From assembly GCA_963825315.1 (NCBI GenBank), contig CAWGST010000001.1, forward strand, positions 1,877,460-1,941,459: 64,000 bases of DNA, given 5' to 3'. Origin of the DNA: an uncultured Verrucomicrobiae bacterium. Lineage in GTDB: Bacteria > Verrucomicrobiota > Verrucomicrobiia > Limisphaerales > Palsa-1400. This document shows positions 39,514-50,445 of this stretch, piece after piece (position 1 is the first letter of the stretch; each line of letters starts with the position of its first letter). The translations under genes and the position numbers were made by a program. The notes under the pieces are model-generated. The model worked only from the letters and a program-made list of their open reading frames with translations, was not told the DNA's origin and made no database searches.

Positions 39514-40038
39514 TTAAATAAAACTGTAGCCACAAGAGGCAAACCAGTTCATGGCATCCCGGGGCGTGATACTCTGCAAAGCTGAAGCAATCGCCTGGAG
39601 CAGAGCGGGCTGCGTGCGGGCCTCGGCTGTACGCAGGTGGGATTTGACTTTGCTCCACATTTGCTCGATGGGATTGAGGTCTGGGGAATAGGCTGGAAGG
39701 AAGAGGATTTGGGCTCCAGCCTGCGCGATCAGCGAAAGGGTCGGCTCACTTTTATGCGGGGAGAGGTTATCCATGATGACCACATCTCCGGCGCGCAGCG
39801 TCGGGCACAAGACATGGCCGACATAGACCCGGAAAACCTCCGTATCGGTGGCCCCCTCGATGGTCATGCAGGCGGTGGCACCGTCCAGGCGGATGGCGCC
39901 GATCATGGTCGTGGTTTGCCAATGGCCCTGCGGACATTGGGCGTGGACACGCTGACCCCGCAGGGCGCGCCCGCGCAGGCGGGTCAGATTGGTTTTGGCA
40001 CCCGATTCGTCCAGGAAAATCAGTTTGGCCGGGTCCAA
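39514..40038 (-). CDS. IS630 transposase, DDE catalytic part (orfB)
   Basis: Contains LIFLDESGAKTN, VVIMDNLSPHKS and FLPAYSPDLNPIEQMWSKVK, the DD(34)E region of IS630/Tc1-type transposases. Confidence 0.85.
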   Translation of the reverse strand: MDPAKLIFLDESGAKTNLTRLRGRALRGQRVHAQCPQGHWQTTTMIGAIRLDGATACMTIEGATDTEVFRVYVGHVLCPTLRAGDVVIMDNLSPHKSEPTLSLIAQAGAQILFLPAYSPDLNPIEQMWSKVKSHLRTAEARTQPALLQAIASALQSITPRDAMNWFASCGYSFI

Positions 40039-40451
40039 ACCGCCTTGCCGACGCCGCCAGGCGCGGCGCGCCCGCGCAATGTCCGGACGGTCTTGCTCGC
40101 TGGCATGGAGTGTCTTTTTTTATATGTCAGCCCCATCTTCGCCAGAACGTAGTGGATGGCGGGCAGAGAACAGTCCAGTTCCAAGCCGGCGCGCAGCTCT
40201 TTCAAGGTCAGGTCGGGCTTCTGATTCAATAGAGTCCGCATCTGGCGCTGATGGGCCGCCAGGATCATCGGCTTGCGCCCGGAGAAACGGTGGCGCGGAC
40301 CGATCTCCCCGGTCCGTCGGCGTTGTTGCAAGAGCTTCTTGACCATGCCCAGCGAAACCCGGTAACGATCGCCGACCTCCACGCGAGTCCCCTCTTCAAG
40401 GTCATAGGAAGCCAAAATCCGTTCGCGCAGGTCCAACGATAAAGTTCGCAT
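40020..40451 (-). CDS. IS630 transposase, N-terminal HTH part (orfA)
   Basis: MRTLSLDLRERILASYDLEEGTRVEVGDRYRVSLGMVKKLL.. Joins orfB via a -1 shift at the A7 run (40115-40121), giving ..LTYKKKTLHASEQDRPDIARARRAWRRRQGGLDPAKLIFLDESG. Confidence 0.8.
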   Translation of the reverse strand: MRTLSLDLRERILASYDLEEGTRVEVGDRYRVSLGMVKKLLQQRRRTGEIGPRHRFSGRKPMILAAHQRQMRTLLNQKPDLTLKELRAGLELDCSLPAIHYVLAKMGLTYKKRHSMPASKTVRTLRGRAAPGGVGKAVWTRPN

Positions 40452-40506
40452 GAACTGCCTATACCACAGGCCCAACGGAATGGCTACAGTTTTATTTAAA
40501 ACGCTC

Positions 40507-40566
40507 TAGCCCGCAACACGACCCGCAACAGACCTGCAACAGACCTGCAACAGACCTGCAACATGT
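40507..40566. repeat. Iteron-like module, copy B, right part, including CCTGCAACAGA x3 tandem
   Basis: The sequence reads GCCCGCAACACGACCCGCAACAGACCTGCAACAGACCTGCAACAGACCTGCAACATG. Confidence 0.6.
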
Positions 40567-40594
40567 AGCGGCTTTCTGTTGCCTCAGCGAGAAA

Positions 40595-42082
40595 ATGGCT
40601 AAATTTAGCCAGTAGTGTTCGGCAAGGTGAATGCTTTGGCCCGGAGGCGTCAGTTTATGGAAGGTTTTTCTGTCCTGAGAAGCTTGTCGTCCAATTGTAA
40701 CCTGATTGTCACCTAATTGTAACTTGTACTTTTTTAGCCATTCTGGTCTGATGGGCGCATGGCCAGGAAACGCCAGCCGATTCGAGAAGACCAGTTGCAC
40801 CACTGGAATCTGTTGGAGCAATTCCGCCGACGGGTCTTGCCGCTGCTGAAGGCCAAAGCCACCCTCCCCACCGAGGAGGATGTGCGGCGCACTCTTTTCG
40901 CCGAGGACTATTTTTGCAGCTACCTTTTTGCCATGCTCAATCCGGTCATCACCAGCATGCGGTCTCTCTGCCACGTCAGCCATTGCCGGAAAATGCGCCG
41001 GGTCAGTGCGGCCCCGATTTCCCCGGCGGCCTTTTCGGAGGGGCAGCATGTGTTTGACCCGGAGATTTTGGAAAAGGTGGTGCGACAGTTGGCCCAAGAA
41101 AACCAAGGCCGGGGCCACGGCGGGGACGCACGGGTGCGCCAGGCGCTGCGTGCGCTGACGGCGGTGGATGGCACGGTGTTGCGGGCGGTGCCGCGCATGG
41201 CTTGGGCCCCGGCGGCTGGACCCGGTTCGGCCATCCGGTTGCATTTGCATTTTAATGTTTTCGATCAGATACCGGAAGCCTGGCCCATCACGGCGGGCAA
41301 CGTGTGTGAGCGCAAGGTTTTTGCCCAGACCGTGGCCCCCGGCAGCATGAACGTGGCCGACCGCCATTACAGCCACAACCACGCCTTGCTGGCCCAATGG
41401 CGCCAGCGCGGTATCGATTTTGTCCTGCGCCTCAACAACAATGTCATTCTGGAGCCGGTGGGGCCAGAGCGCCCCCTGACGGAAGAGGACCGGCAAGCGG
41501 GAGTGGTGTGGGATCGACAGGTCCGTTTGGGCGTCCACGGAGAAGGTCCGGTCATGCGGGTGGTGCGGGTGGAGGCCAACGGGGATATCTTTCATCTGGT
41601 CACGACGCGGGAGGATTTGTCCGCCGCGTTGATCGGCCTCATTTACCGGCAGCGCTGGCAGATTGAACTGTTTTTCAAGTGGATCAAAACCATCCTCAAC
41701 TGCCGGCACTGGCTGGCCGAATCGCCGGCGGGGGTGCAGATGCAGATTTACTGCGTGCTCATCGCTGCGTTGCTGCTGATGTTGTGGACAGGCCAGCGCC
41801 CTAACAAGCGCATGGTCGAATCGCTGCAATGGTACTGGATGGGCTTGGCCAACGAGGAAGACCTGGTGACGCTGTTGGAGCGCGCTGGCTGTTCGAAAAA
41901 ATCCTGAGTCTGTGGGCGGGGGCTTTTTAATCCGAAGTCTCTCTGGGCGAAGCTTTGCCCTGATTCGGCCCCATTGACAAATCCTGATCATTTTCCGGTC
42001 AATATCAGGTCCCTCACAGCCGCTTTGCGTTGAAAATTGGTCCAAGCACATACCCTGCCGATCACAACTGAAATTTAGCCAT
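40595..42082 (+). mobile_element. IS4-family insertion sequence (second type, ~1488 bp); TSD not resolved
   Basis: Imperfect IRs ATGGCTAAATTTAGCCAGTAGTGTTCGG and CCGATCACAACTGAAATTTAGCCAT. The flanks show no direct repeat, so an adjacent deletion is likely. Confidence 0.7.
40759..41907 (+). CDS. IS4-family DDE transposase
   Basis: 382-aa ORF with LTAVDGTVLR, MNVADRHYSH and YRQRWQIELFFKWIKTILNCRHW. Confidence 0.85.
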   Translation: MARKRQPIREDQLHHWNLLEQFRRRVLPLLKAKATLPTEEDVRRTLFAEDYFCSYLFAMLNPVITSMRSLCHVSHCRKMRRVSAAPISPAAFSEGQHVFDPEILEKVVRQLAQENQGRGHGGDARVRQALRALTAVDGTVLRAVPRMAWAPAAGPGSAIRLHLHFNVFDQIPEAWPITAGNVCERKVFAQTVAPGSMNVADRHYSHNHALLAQWRQRGIDFVLRLNNNVILEPVGPERPLTEEDRQAGVVWDRQVRLGVHGEGPVMRVVRVEANGDIFHLVTTREDLSAALIGLIYRQRWQIELFFKWIKTILNCRHWLAESPAGVQMQIYCVLIAALLLMLWTGQRPNKRMVESLQWYWMGLANEEDLVTLLERAGCSKKS

Positions 42083-42873
42083 CTATTCGGCGCATTCACG
42101 CGACGGAGTTGCCTTTGCATGAGGTTCTGGTCGCCTCAATCCCATGCACAAGCCACTCAACCCTTGGCCGGGCGAAAAAATCTCTGGCTGGAAAACCTGA
42201 AACCGGCGACACCGGCGACCTGTATCTGAGCGTCGCGGAAATAGTGGCGCATCATCTGCCATCGGCTTGTGTCTTTGAAAACGTGCCCGCATTCGCAAAC
42301 TCGCTTGCCTGTTTAAGCCTCGTGCATCATCTGCAACGCATCGGCTATTCAACTGCTGAAATCATGGTTGACCCATGGAACGAATGGAACGAGCCGCAGG
42401 ACCGAAAACGATGGATCATGGTTGCGACATTGAAGCCGGGCTTTCAAATACGCTCACCGCGAACCCCGTTTAAGGGAAGCATTGGCCAGTTTCTCGACGC
42501 CCCGGCAGACTCGGACCGGATTGAGGTCGAACGGATTGTCGGAAGCATTGAGGCGTTGCGCCGGCACAATAAGCGTCACGCGAAACTCGGACACGGATTC
42601 GGTTTTACGACGATCAACAACGAATCAAGAAAAGTGCCGACCATTGTTCGATCGTATCATAAAATCAACATCGGCCCATTTGTGGAAACCCCGTCGGGCC
42701 TGCGATTGCTGCACAAGGAAGAAGTTGAGCGGTTAATGGGCTGCAAGATTGATTGCGACCATTATGCCACCTCCATCGAGATTCTTGGGCAGGGCGTGCA
42801 GACCAGAGTTTTTCGGGAAATCCTTCGTCAACTGGCGGACTTTTTGAAATTGCAGATTCATCCAAGCTGGTGA
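42083..42873 (+). pseudogene. dcm: DNA (cytosine-5) methyltransferase, 5' truncated (motif I / AdoMet site missing)
   Basis: Retains motif IV IPCTSHS, motif VI FENV, motif VIII QDRKRWIMVA and the C-terminal LGQGVQ. The reading frame begins at the right end of the IS4-type element. Confidence 0.75.
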
Positions 42874-42886
42874 GGCTCCATAAAAC

Positions 42887-43100
42887 TTAACTGGCCAGAG
42901 ATAATCCGCAGCGGCAGAGGTAATCAGCAACGACATCGAACTCTTCAGGTTGTCGCGTTTCGTCCGCCGCATCTCCCGCAGGGATGTAGATAACCGTGCC
43001 GAAGCGGGCACGCGTAAGCAAAACTCGATATTTGTTCTGGATGAATTCTTGCTCAGTAGTGTCCGACTCTGGACGCCAGCACGGGCCTTTTTTCGACGCG
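42887..43100 (-). pseudogene. DUF2075 (defence-island ATPase/helicase-like) C-terminal remnant
   Basis: EQEFIQNKYRVLLTRARFGTVIYIPAGD..TRQPEEFD matches the conserved DUF2075 C-terminus. Everything upstream is replaced by the ISL3 remnant. Confidence 0.55.
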
Positions 43101-43113
43101 GGGCGCAGGCATC

Positions 43114-44136
43114 GTGGTTGCCAGCGTTGATCCGTCTGCGACAAAACTAAATCGCCACCCCAACAAACGCACGTCCAGTCGAGTTCAAGCCCTTGGCACT
43201 CGAATTGCCCCGGCCTACGTGAGCTACACCCACCGGATGAAAGCCTTCATTGAAGATCTCTACGGAGTGATGACCGTGAGCGATCTGGCGGCCATCACCG
43301 CGCTGGGCTGGGATACAGTCAAGAATATCGTCAAGGCCAAGCTGGAGCGCCGGGATGGGCATCCCCGGCTCAAGGGCCTGCGGTATTTGTCCATCGACGA
43401 GATTTACGTCGGGCGCTCCAGGAAATTCTACACGCTGGTCATCGACCTGGAGAGCGGTCGGATCGTCTGGGTAGCGCCGGGCAAGGGGGCCGACGCGCTG
43501 CGCAGGTTCTGGCGGGCCTTGCGCCTGAGCAAAGCCAGGATCAAGGGAGTGGCCATGGATATGAGCGCCGCCTACTGGGCGGCGGTGCTGGACCAGTTGC
43601 CCAATGCGGCCATCGTCTTTGACCGGTTCCACCTCACCAAGCTGATGAACGAGAAAATCGATGACCTGCGCCGGCAGATGGTCTCCGAAGCCAGCGGGCT
43701 GATGAAGAAAACGGTCAAGGGCTTGCGCTACTTGCTGTTGATGCGCCGCGAAAACGTGGACCAGGACAAGCTGCCCCGCCTGGACGAGGCGCTCAAACAC
43801 AACGAGCCTCTGCTGACCGCCTACCTGCTCAAAGAAGCCCTGATCCTGCTCTGGGAGCAATCTTCCTACGCGCGCATGAGGTCCTTTTTCCGGCAATGGT
43901 GCGATTGGGCCCTGGACTCGGGCATCCGGCAGATGATGCAAATGGCCAAGAGTCTTCTCCTTCATAGAAGCGGGATGCTTTCTTGGTGGAAACACCGGAT
44001 CAACAACGGCCGCATGGAGGGCATCAACAATAAGGTTAAAACACTCCTGCGCCAAACCTACGGTCTGCGCGACGAACGCTACTTCGTTCTTAGACTCTTC
44101 GGCCTTCATCATTCCAGACACGAACTTCTCGGATGA
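43114..44136 (+). pseudogene. ISL3-family transposase, N-terminally truncated or degenerate
   Basis: 340-aa ORF with LSIDEIYVGRSRKFYTLVIDLESGRIVWV, GVAMDMSAAYW, FDRFHLTKL and NNGRMEGINNKVKTL. The zinc-finger N-terminus is absent and the element ends are not identified. Confidence 0.7.
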
Positions 44137-44730
44137 ACCCAAGATTCTGGCTGACTTGGCCCATTGCGTCGCCAGGCTACCAGGTTCGCCGTTGGAAATG
44201 TTGTTCTAGTATGGAACAAAGTTTTCTTGCCGGAATCGAAGAATCGGGGCAGGAATGTGCGCCGAGCAAAAAACCGTGCCTGACGTTTTCTGCAAGCACA
44301 GCCAGAGTTTTGACCCGCCGTCGCTCAGAAGCTTCCGCCTTCGTTGAAACTACGGACAAGATGGCGGGCCGGGCATGATTCTCCATGGATCAAAATCCGC
44401 TCCCCATGTTCTCAGTTTTTTTTGCGCCTCTTGCGCTTTTTCGCGGCTGTGTCTTTGTATTCCATCCTGCGGCCCTCTCGATATATTCAAAGCACGAGAG
44501 AAAAAGCCTTTGCCCGCAGAACACGGGTATGTGGTTTGTCAAAGGGTAAATCTTTAAATTCTTCATTTTTGTTTTAAGCTGATCTTGCGGTTGGGAGGAT
44601 AGGGCTCTGCAGGAGTGCAACCTGAGCGCCCAATCGTCCGTGGATTGCGGATGCATCCGCTCCTGGCGCTCCCGTTCCGGGCGCGCCGGGAGTTTCCTGC
44701 GCAAGCCATGGTCCAAAGCGATAAACTCAC

Positions 44731-46002
44731 TCATTTTAAGCCGGTGGTTGTGGAGGCGGGCGTGAATCCTGGGCGCAAGAAACCGTCCTTGTCGCGGGTG
44801 TAAACCGTCTGGGCCAAGACATAGGTTCTCCCGTCCTTGAGCAAGCCATAGGTTTCTTCTCTGAAAACTTTTCGTGTTTTGCCCAGGGTTTTAAGCCCCC
44901 TGGCTCCGACGCTGGCCATGATTTTTCCCACCTTGAGGGCCAGGCGCTCGTCGATTTCTTCCAGGGGAGTCCAGCGGCCCATCATCAAATACCAAACGGC
45001 CACAGCCAGTTTGCGAGCCATGGCGCCGACGGTGAGGTTGATTGAGCTTTTGCGCCGCAGCAGCTTTTTACCCCATTGCGCCAGAGGATTTTTGGAACAA
45101 CGCAGGACGGCTTGGGCGGCCTCGACCAACAGGCTGCGCAAGTCTTTGCGGCCATGGCCGGCGATGCCGCCGCTCCATTGGCCTTCACCGCTGTCGTCAA
45201 AGGCGGGGTTCAGCCCGATATACTTGACGAGTTTCTTGGGGTGGGCAAAGCGGTGGATGTCGCCGATGAGAGCGCCGAGGGCAAAGGCCACCATTTCCCG
45301 GACGCCGCAGAGCCGCACAATGGACAATAGCTGCGGGTCGGAGAGGACTTCCTGGGCGATCAAACTGCGCCAATGGGACCGCTGTTCATCGGCATGGCGC
45401 AATTCCATGAGCATCCCCTCAATGACCTGCCATTGGCGGGGAGACCAGGGGTGGGTTTTGCGCAGCAGTTCTTCAGCCGCCTTGCCTTTGGCCAAAGGCG
45501 TGCCTTTTTGCAGGCGCACTCCGTTGTCGCTCAGATAAGAGAGGAGGCGGTTGCGCATTTGGGTGCTGCGCTTGACGGCCTTGCGGTGGGCATGGAACCA
45601 GTCGCGCCGTTCCTGGGTTTTGACGTCGGGCACCCAGACGGTCTTGGCCGTCCCGGCCAGATAAGCCTTGCCGATGCGCACAGCGCTGATCTTGTCATTA
45701 TTGGCGTGGGCTTCCTTGAGCTTGCCCATCTGGCAACTCTCCAGGACCAGGGCCTTTCGATCCAGCGCCGCCAAGGTGCGCACGACTTGGAAGCTGTTGC
45801 CAGAAGCTTCCAAGACAAAGAGGTCTTGGGCCGTGGTGTGCTTTTTGGCCCAACCGGCGAGTTGGGCCAATGGGACTTGGTTGAAAATCTTCTCCGTCAC
45901 GGCTGCGGCCGGGGTGGGGCCCTGGAGCAGCGCGGCGGTGAAGGTGTCCGGATGACAATCAAAGCCGATCACCCGTGGAAGGAAGTTTGCATTTTTGTCC
46001 AT
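44731..46002 (-). CDS. IS110-family (DEDD) transposase/recombinase
   Basis: 423 aa from the ATG at 46002. N-terminal blocks are VIGFDCHPDTF, VLEASGNS and NDKISAVRIGK. The Transposase_20 block reads LCGVREMVAFALGALIGDIHRFAHPKKLVKYIGLNP. Confidence 0.85.
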   Translation of the reverse strand: MDKNANFLPRVIGFDCHPDTFTAALLQGPTPAAAVTEKIFNQVPLAQLAGWAKKHTTAQDLFVLEASGNSFQVVRTLAALDRKALVLESCQMGKLKEAHANNDKISAVRIGKAYLAGTAKTVWVPDVKTQERRDWFHAHRKAVKRSTQMRNRLLSYLSDNGVRLQKGTPLAKGKAAEELLRKTHPWSPRQWQVIEGMLMELRHADEQRSHWRSLIAQEVLSDPQLLSIVRLCGVREMVAFALGALIGDIHRFAHPKKLVKYIGLNPAFDDSGEGQWSGGIAGHGRKDLRSLLVEAAQAVLRCSKNPLAQWGKKLLRRKSSINLTVGAMARKLAVAVWYLMMGRWTPLEEIDERLALKVGKIMASVGARGLKTLGKTRKVFREETYGLLKDGRTYVLAQTVYTRDKDGFLRPGFTPASTTTGLK

Positions 46003-46195
46003 TTTAGTTCTTTCTTTTAGTTGTGCAGGCGGACGGAAACGGGTCAGGCGATCACATGCACTCAGGTATGCGGGGCGGTCCCCATGTAGGTGCTTTTCGC
46101 CGGTGCTCATTCACAGAAGCGGAGATTGAACTCCAAGCGTATTCTCCGAGCATCTCCCGTAATCCACCTGCTGGTTAGCAATCCAACAGGTCCTT

Positions 46196-46206
<11 letters not shown>
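46003..46206 (-). ncRNA. Candidate IS110 bridge/seek RNA in the recombinase leader (boundaries uncertain)
   Basis: About 200 nt with no credible ORF upstream of the recombinase. 46029-46040 is perfectly complementary to 46207-46218. The family is known to encode a guide ncRNA in this position. Confidence 0.3.
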
Positions 46207-46669
<463 letters not shown>

Positions 46670-46724
46670 GCCTGTCCAACTCCGTTTTAATCCGTGTCTA
46701 TCCGGTTTTATCCGTGGTTCAACC

Positions 46725-47141
46725 GTGCCTGACGTTTTCTCCAAAGCCAAGCGGTCGGAGGTGATGGCCCGCATCCGCTCGCGCGGCAACAGGGACACCG
46801 AACTGGCCTTGATGCGGCTCTTTCGACGGCATGGCCTCTCCGGCTGGCGGCGGCATCAGCCCGTTTTTGGCCGGCCTGATTTTGTCTTCATAAAAGCCAG
46901 GGTGGCGGTGTTCGTGGATGGCTGTTTCTGGCATGGCTGCCCGAAACATTCCACTGTCCCGGCAACCAATCGCGCCTTCTGGAAACGCAAACTCACGGCC
47001 AACAAGCTCCGTGATCGCCTGGTCAACCAGACCTTGCGCCGGAAAGGTTGGCAGGTGGTGAGAATTTGGGAGCACGATTTGCGGAAGCCGGCCCCCTCCC
47101 TGCGGCGGATTCAAAAGGAAATGCTAAAGGCTGAATGCTAA
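46725..47141 (+). CDS. vsr: Very-short-patch repair endonuclease
   Basis: Contains RSEVMARIRSRGNRDTELALMRLFRRHGL..GRPDFVF..VAVFVDGCFWHGCP..TNRAFWKRKL..N..RD. A GTG start at 46725 is assumed. Confidence 0.85.
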   Translation: MPDVFSKAKRSEVMARIRSRGNRDTELALMRLFRRHGLSGWRRHQPVFGRPDFVFIKARVAVFVDGCFWHGCPKHSTVPATNRAFWKRKLTANKLRDRLVNQTLRRKGWQVVRIWEHDLRKPAPSLRRIQKEMLKAEC

Positions 47142-47389
47142 AGGCTAAAGTTCCCGTCTTTCCCAAGTGCCTTGCTGACAACATGTTATGATTATTCAAA
47201 ATGTCGAAACTTTCACGGTTTTTTCCGGGGCGGAGTTTCTTGAGAAATTTAAAACACCTGCCCCGAAAACTTTCGGGGTTGCAATTTGCAAGCTGTTAAA
47301 TGGTCATTCGTGCTTCGTCATTAGTCATTTTTTCTCCACGGTCATTCGTGCTTGGACATTGGCCATTCTTTCCCTATGATCTGATTCTC

Positions 47390-48334
47390 ATGCAACGCGA
47401 TACGATCACTGTTGAACGGTTTTATACCGGCGAAGCCCGGAGTCTCGAATTGAAATTGGTGGCCGGCGCCAGCGGCCTCAAGCGCATCATCCGCGAACCC
47501 ACGGTCAACCGGCCCGGCTTGGCCCTGGCCGGCTTCACCCGCTATTTTGCCAGCAAACGTTTGCAGGTCATTGGCAATGCCGAAACGTGGTTCTTGAAAA
47601 CGTTGTCCCCCGCCGAACGGGCCAAGCGTTATGCCAATTTGTTTTCCTTCAAAATCCCCGCCGTCGTTTTCTCGCGCGATATTCACCCGGACAAGGCCTT
47701 GCTGCGCGCCGCCGAATTGGCGCAGGTGCCCATTTTCGTCACCCCGATGATTACGATGAAGTTCATCAACCTGGCCACCCTGGCCCTGGAAATGTTGTTC
47801 GCCCCGCGCAGCAGCGAACTCGGCAGCATGGTCGATATTCTCGGCGTCGGCGTCATTATTCGCGGCGAGAGCGGCATCGGCAAAAGTGAAAGCGTCCTGG
47901 CCCTGATCGAACGCGGCTACAGTTTGGTTTCCGACGACATCACCCGCGTCACGCTGCTGGACGGGCGGGAAATCATCGGCACCAGCGCCGAGGTCACGCG
48001 CAATCACATGGAAGTGCGCGGCATTGGCATCATCAATGTCGCTTCCATGTTTGGGGTCCGGAGCATTCGCAGCCAGAAGGGGGTTGATTTGGTCATCACC
48101 TTGAAGGCCTGGGACGATGTGCCCGATGTGGAACGCATCGGCATGGAACAGGAATTTGTGAAAATCCTGGGCATCGAGGTCCCGCACATCACCATCCCCG
48201 TGCGGCCCGGACGCGATCTGGCCCGGTTGATCGAGGTGGCCGCTTTTCAAATCAAGTTGAAATCTTCCGGCCAGAACCCGGCCAAGGAATTGAACGACCG
48301 GCTGATCGCGCAAATGGCCGGCAACATTCAGTGA
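47390..48334 (+). CDS. hprK: HPr kinase/phosphorylase
   Basis: Has the P-loop GESGIGKSE and the signature MEVRGIGIINV. The ATG at 47390 lies within ORF 47300-48334. Confidence 0.9.
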   Translation: MQRDTITVERFYTGEARSLELKLVAGASGLKRIIREPTVNRPGLALAGFTRYFASKRLQVIGNAETWFLKTLSPAERAKRYANLFSFKIPAVVFSRDIHPDKALLRAAELAQVPIFVTPMITMKFINLATLALEMLFAPRSSELGSMVDILGVGVIIRGESGIGKSESVLALIERGYSLVSDDITRVTLLDGREIIGTSAEVTRNHMEVRGIGIINVASMFGVRSIRSQKGVDLVITLKAWDDVPDVERIGMEQEFVKILGIEVPHITIPVRPGRDLARLIEVAAFQIKLKSSGQNPAKELNDRLIAQMAGNIQ

Positions 48335-48415
48335 TAATTCATTGGAATAAGTGCCTGGCAAAGTCCAACATGACCGGCGATGAGTACGGCCAAGAAAACA
48401 GGCGGCAAGCACGCC

Positions 48416-48679
48416 ATGCGGCGCGAATTTGTTGTCATCAACAAGTTGGGCATCCATGCCCGCCCGGCCGCCATGTTTGTCAAAATCGCCAATCGCTTTG
48501 CCTGCACCATCCTGGTGGACAAGGACGGCGAAGTCGTCAACGGCAAAAGCATCATGGGCTTGATGATGCTGGCCGCCGGCCCCGGCAGCATCCTGGTGGT
48601 CAACTGCGAAGGGGACGATTGCCAGGAAGCGCTGGCCGAAATCGAGGCCCTCATCAAACGCAAATTCGACGAAGAATAG
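48416..48679 (+). CDS. ptsH: HPr-family phosphocarrier protein
   Basis: INKLGIHARPAA contains the His-15 region and VNGKSIMGLM the Ser-46 region. The product is 87 aa from the ATG at 48416. Confidence 0.85.
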   Translation: MRREFVVINKLGIHARPAAMFVKIANRFACTILVDKDGEVVNGKSIMGLMMLAAGPGSILVVNCEGDDCQEALAEIEALIKRKFDEE

Positions 48680-48688
48680 GTCCCGACT

Positions 48689-48973
48689 ATGGCTGGAGAT
48701 TTCGACGTTAAATATGTGGCGCACCTGGCGCGCATCGCCCTGACTCCCGACGAGCAGGAAAAATTTGGCGCCCAACTTTCCAACATCCTCGGCTACATCG
48801 AAAAGCTCAATCAACTCGATGTGAGCGGCATCGAACCGACCGCCCACGCCGTGCCCCTGGTCAACGTGTTTCGTGCCGATGAGGTTCGCCCTTCCCTGCC
48901 CAACGCGGAAGCACTGCGCAACGCTCCGGCCGGCGCCAACGGGCTTTTCATGGTCCCGAAGATCGTGGAGTGA
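48689..48973 (+). CDS. gatC: Asp/Glu-tRNA amidotransferase subunit C
   Basis: 94-aa ORF reading [42 protein letters not shown]. Confidence 0.9.
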   Translation: MAGDFDVKYVAHLARIALTPDEQEKFGAQLSNILGYIEKLNQLDVSGIEPTAHAVPLVNVFRADEVRPSLPNAEALRNAPAGANGLFMVPKIVE

Positions 48974-50445
48974 CCCCCCGACCCATGTTGAACCAACTGA
49001 CCATTTCCCAATTGGCCGCCAAGCTGGCCCGCCGCGAGGTTTCCGCGCGCGAAGCGATGCAGGCCTGCCTGGATCAAATCCAAAAGGTCGAGGGCCGGAT
49101 TCATGCGTTCATCAGTTACGATGCCGCCGATGCCCTGGCCCAGGCCGGCACCGCCGATCAAGCCATCGCCCGCGGCGCAACGCAAAAACCGCTGCTGGGC
49201 GTGCCCATCGCCATCAAGGATGTGATTGCCGTGCGCGGCCAGCCGCTGAATTGCGGATCAAAAATCCTCGGCCGGTTCATTTCCCCGTACAACGCCACGG
49301 TGATTGATAAATTGCAGGAAGCGGGCGCGATTGTATTTGGACGCTTGAACATGGATGAGTTTGCCATGGGCAGTTCCACCGAAAATTCGGCCTTCGGCGT
49401 GACGCGCAATCCGTGGGACATCTCGCGCATTCCAGGCGGTTCCTCCGGCGGTTCGGCGGCGGCGGTGGCGGCGGATGAATGCATCGCCGCGCTTGGCTCC
49501 GATACCGGCGGCTCCATCCGCCAGCCCGCGGCATTGTGCGGCTGCGTGGGATTCAAACCCACCTATGGCCGCGTCTCCCGCTATGGCTTGGTGGCTTTTG
49601 CCTCCTCGCTCGATCAAATCGGCTCGTTTGCCAAAGACGTGCGCGACACCGCCATCGTCCTGGGCGCCATCAGCGGACAAGACCCGCGCGATTCCACCAG
49701 CGTGCCGCGGCCCGTGCCGGATTACGCCGCCGCGCTCGATGGCCGGATCAAGGGGCTGAAGCTCGGTCTGGCCCGGGAATACATGATCGGCGGATTGGAT
49801 GCGGAAGTGGGCGCGGCCGTACAGGCGGCTGTCAAACAATTTGAAAAACTCGGCGCGGAAATCGTGGAAATTTCACTGCCCCACACCGATTATGCCGTGG
49901 CCGCCTATTACATTGTGGCCACCGCCGAAGCCAGCGCCAACCTCGCCCGTTTCGATGGCATCCGTTACGGGCTGCGCGTGGACGGCGCCGATCCGATTGA
50001 TCTCTACTGCAAAACGCGCGGGGCCGGTTTCGGCGCCGAAGTCAAGCGCCGCATCATCCTGGGCGCTTACGTCCTCAGCAGCGGCTATTACGACGCCTAC
50101 TACCTGCGCGCCCAGAAAGTTCGCACGCTCATCCGGCAGGATTTCCTCAACGCCTTCGCCCAAGTGGATGCCGTGATCACTCCAACCAGCCCGACGCCGG
50201 CCTTTAAAATCGGCGAAAAAGCGGACGACCCGTTGCAGATGTATCTCTCGGACATTTTTACGATTTCCTGCAATCTGGCGGGGATTTGCGGCGTCAGCCT
50301 TCCCTGCGGTTTCACCCGGCAACCCAAACTGCCCATCGGCCTGCAATTGCTCGGCCAGCCGTTCGGCGAGGAGACTCTCTTGAAACTCGCCCATGCTTAT
50401 GAGCAGAGCACGCTTTGGCACAAGGAAAGGGCGGGCGGATTATGA
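48970..50445 (+). CDS. gatA: Asp/Glu-tRNA amidotransferase subunit A
   Basis: Has the amidase signature [13 protein letters not shown] and the block [13 protein letters not shown]. The start may be the ATG at 48985. Confidence 0.95.
   Translation: MTPRPMLNQLTISQLAAKLARREVSAREAMQACLDQIQKVEGRIHAFISYDAADALAQAGTADQAIARGATQKPLLGVPIAIKDVIAVRGQPLNCGSKILGRFISPYNATVIDKLQEAGAIVFGRLNMDEFAMGSSTENSAFGVTRNPWDISRIPGGSSGGSAAAVAADECIAALGSDTGGSIRQPAALCGCVGFKPTYGRVSRYGLVAFASSLDQIGSFAKDVRDTAIVLGAISGQDPRDSTSVPRPVPDYAAALDGRIKGLKLGLAREYMIGGLDAEVGAAVQAAVKQFEKLGAEIVEISLPHTDYAVAAYYIVATAEASANLARFDGIRYGLRVDGADPIDLYCKTRGAGFGAEVKRRIILGAYVLSSGYYDAYYLRAQKVRTLIRQDFLNAFAQVDAVITPTSPTPAFKIGEKADDPLQMYLSDIFTISCNLAGICGVSLPCGFTRQPKLPIGLQLLGQPFGEETLLKLAHAYEQSTLWHKERAGGL

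Larger units (their letters stand above)
39507..40506 (-). mobile_element. IS630-family insertion sequence, copy 1 (1000 bp)
   Basis: IRs GAGCGTTTTAAATAAAACTGTAGCC and GGCTACAGTTTTATTTAAAACGCTC. The TA target duplication is at 39505-39506 and 40507-40508. The encoded proteins are identical to those of copy 2. Confidence 0.92.

Noticed and set aside
40519-40566. Short tandem CCTGCAACAGA x3 considered as a possible CRISPR or mini-array.
   Set aside because: The units are 11 bp, directly abutting, with no spacers and no cas genes. They are better explained as part of the iteron-like repeat module.
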